DNA of 64,000 nucleotides from a bacterium (GTDB lineage Bacteria; Cyanobacteriota; Vampirovibrionia; Gastranaerophilales; JBAXKC01): NCBI GenBank assembly GCA_037137535.1, contig JBAXKC010000007.1, positions 27,037 to 91,036 of the forward strand, read 5' to 3'. Shown piece by piece: positions 62,738 to 64,000 of this stretch (position 1 is its first letter; each line of letters starts with the position of its first letter). The notes under the pieces were generated by a model. It saw only the letters and a program-made list of their open reading frames with translations, ran no database searches and was not told where the DNA came from. The position numbers and the translations under genes were made by a program.

Positions 62738-64000
62738 TTATTCCATTTTAGACGCATTGACTATGTTGTAATTAAAAGTAAATTCAATATCAACAGCATT
62801 GTCCTTATCTATTTCTGGTAATGGATCAAATGGTGCAGAGGCATTAACTGCTTTTATAGCACAGAGATCATACTCTTTATTACCAGAGCTTTTCTTTATT
62901 TTCAAGTTTGATATTTGTCCTTTTCTATCAATATTGAAGAAAACTATTGTATTTTTATCAGTATCACCACTTATAGGCTTCCAATTTAATTTAATTTTAT
63001 ATTTAACTCTCTTCATATAGTCAAAATCATCTATATCAGGTTTTAATTCTCGTGCTTTTTTGAAGTATTCTTCTGCCTTAACTTTATTATTTTGACCTTG
63101 ATATGCAAGAGCTAAGCTAAAACAGGCAATTCCGTCTTTTGAATCTAAATTAATGGCACTTTTTGACGCTTCAATTGCGAGTTTATATTGTTTTGTTTTA
63201 AGATATTCATCTGCTAAATTAACAAACGCACCTTCATTTTCATCGTCATAATCAATTGCCTCTTTATAACTATTAATGGCTTTTTTATGATTATTCATAC
63301 TTGAGTAATAATCTCCTTGTGATTTTGAGTCATTTGAAAGTACAGTTCCCATATAAAGAACCCCCCTCATAAGAAGACCTATCAACAAGACAAAGAAAAT
63401 AGCAATTATTGAGAGAATAATAGTCTTTTTCTTTACGGGGTTATTATGAGTACTTTCTTTAACAATAATCTCGTTTTGACGATTTATTTCTTCTTCAGTC
63501 AAATCCCCTATTCTGTATTTTGCTATTTTATAAGTTTGTGCTGACAAATTGTATGAAATTAGCATTGTTATTGCTACTAAATACGGGATAAAAATCATTC
63601 CCGTTACAGTATAAGTAAGCACATCTATTAAAAGTAATTCAATAATGGTTATTATTACAACCATTATAAGAGTTATTAAAATTTCTTTCTTTACAACGAA
63701 AAAACGTTTATCCATTATTTTTGAAAGACATCCGTCCTTAATAACAAACTTATCTGCAAATGAGCACATTATAAGTTGAGAAAGGAATAAATCAAGAAGC
63801 GCAAATGTAGCAATAAAAGGAGAAACTAATATTGCAGCAATAACTTGATGTTCATCTAATATCACCAAAATAATAAATGATAGAATCGCAAAAACAATAT
63901 GAAGGAATGTAAAAAGAACAATATTAGCAAAATAAGTACATATTAAATGATTCCGTAACAACTTTTGTGTAAACCTTAATTTTGAGAGATTAGAGAAATT
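62738..64000 (-). CDS. Multi-TM protein with TPRs and TonB C-terminal-like domain, 5'-truncated by window edge
   Basis: Frame open to base 64000; TM helices, 3 TPRs, IKLNWKP..FNIDRKG..SSGNKEYD..A.PFDPLP..IEFTF. Confidence 0.82.
   Translation of the reverse strand, partial: NFSNLSKLRFTQKLLRNHLICTYFANIVLFTFLHIVFAILSFIILVILDEHQVIAAILVSPFIATFALLDLFLSQLIMCSFADKFVIKDGCLSKIMDKRFFVVKKEILITLIMVVIITIIELLLIDVLTYTVTGMIFIPYLVAITMLISYNLSAQTYKIAKYRIGDLTEEEINRQNEIIVKESTHNNPVKKKTIILSIIAIFFVLLIGLLMRGVLYMGTVLSNDSKSQGDYYSSMNNHKKAINSYKEAIDYDDENEGAFVNLADEYLKTKQYKLAIEASKSAINLDSKDGIACFSLALAYQGQNNKVKAEEYFKKARELKPDIDDFDYMKRVKYKIKLNWKPISGDTDKNTIVFFNIDRKGQISNLKIKKSSGNKEYDLCAIKAVNASAPFDPLPEIDKDNAVDIEFTFNYNIVNASKME

Overview
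AT-rich chromosomal window from a diderm bacterium. Gene content (cyanobacterial-like LepB, HflX and multi-GAF kinases, no photosynthesis genes, orphan proteins with an N-terminal low-complexity stretch ending in F[KTG]G) suggests Vampirovibrionia/Melainabacteria; this taxonomy is inference. It is mostly housekeeping genes (tRNA-Leu, lepB, thiL, ispD, dnaX, gpsA, plsY, bioA, pth, dacB, glf, guaAB, hflX, hemW, era, EF-G paralog, glgA). It also holds a six-gene Tad/Cpa operon with no pilin gene, a CHASE2 adenylate cyclase, GAF-rich kinases, and an anti-sigma/ECF/Spy/Gln-repeat cassette with its own ECF promoter. The best leads are: three effector-like orphans (EDR1/transglutaminase-like, coiled-coil-FHA-calpain-like, duplicated membrane unit) with a similar leader; a CDF-CBS-CorC fusion; a GAF-wHTH fusion; a probable ATT start for hflX; a structured leader upstream of a COG4705 gene; a MITE-like element; and a disrupted Cys-rich gene. 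No CRISPR array, rRNA, transposase or prophage was seen.
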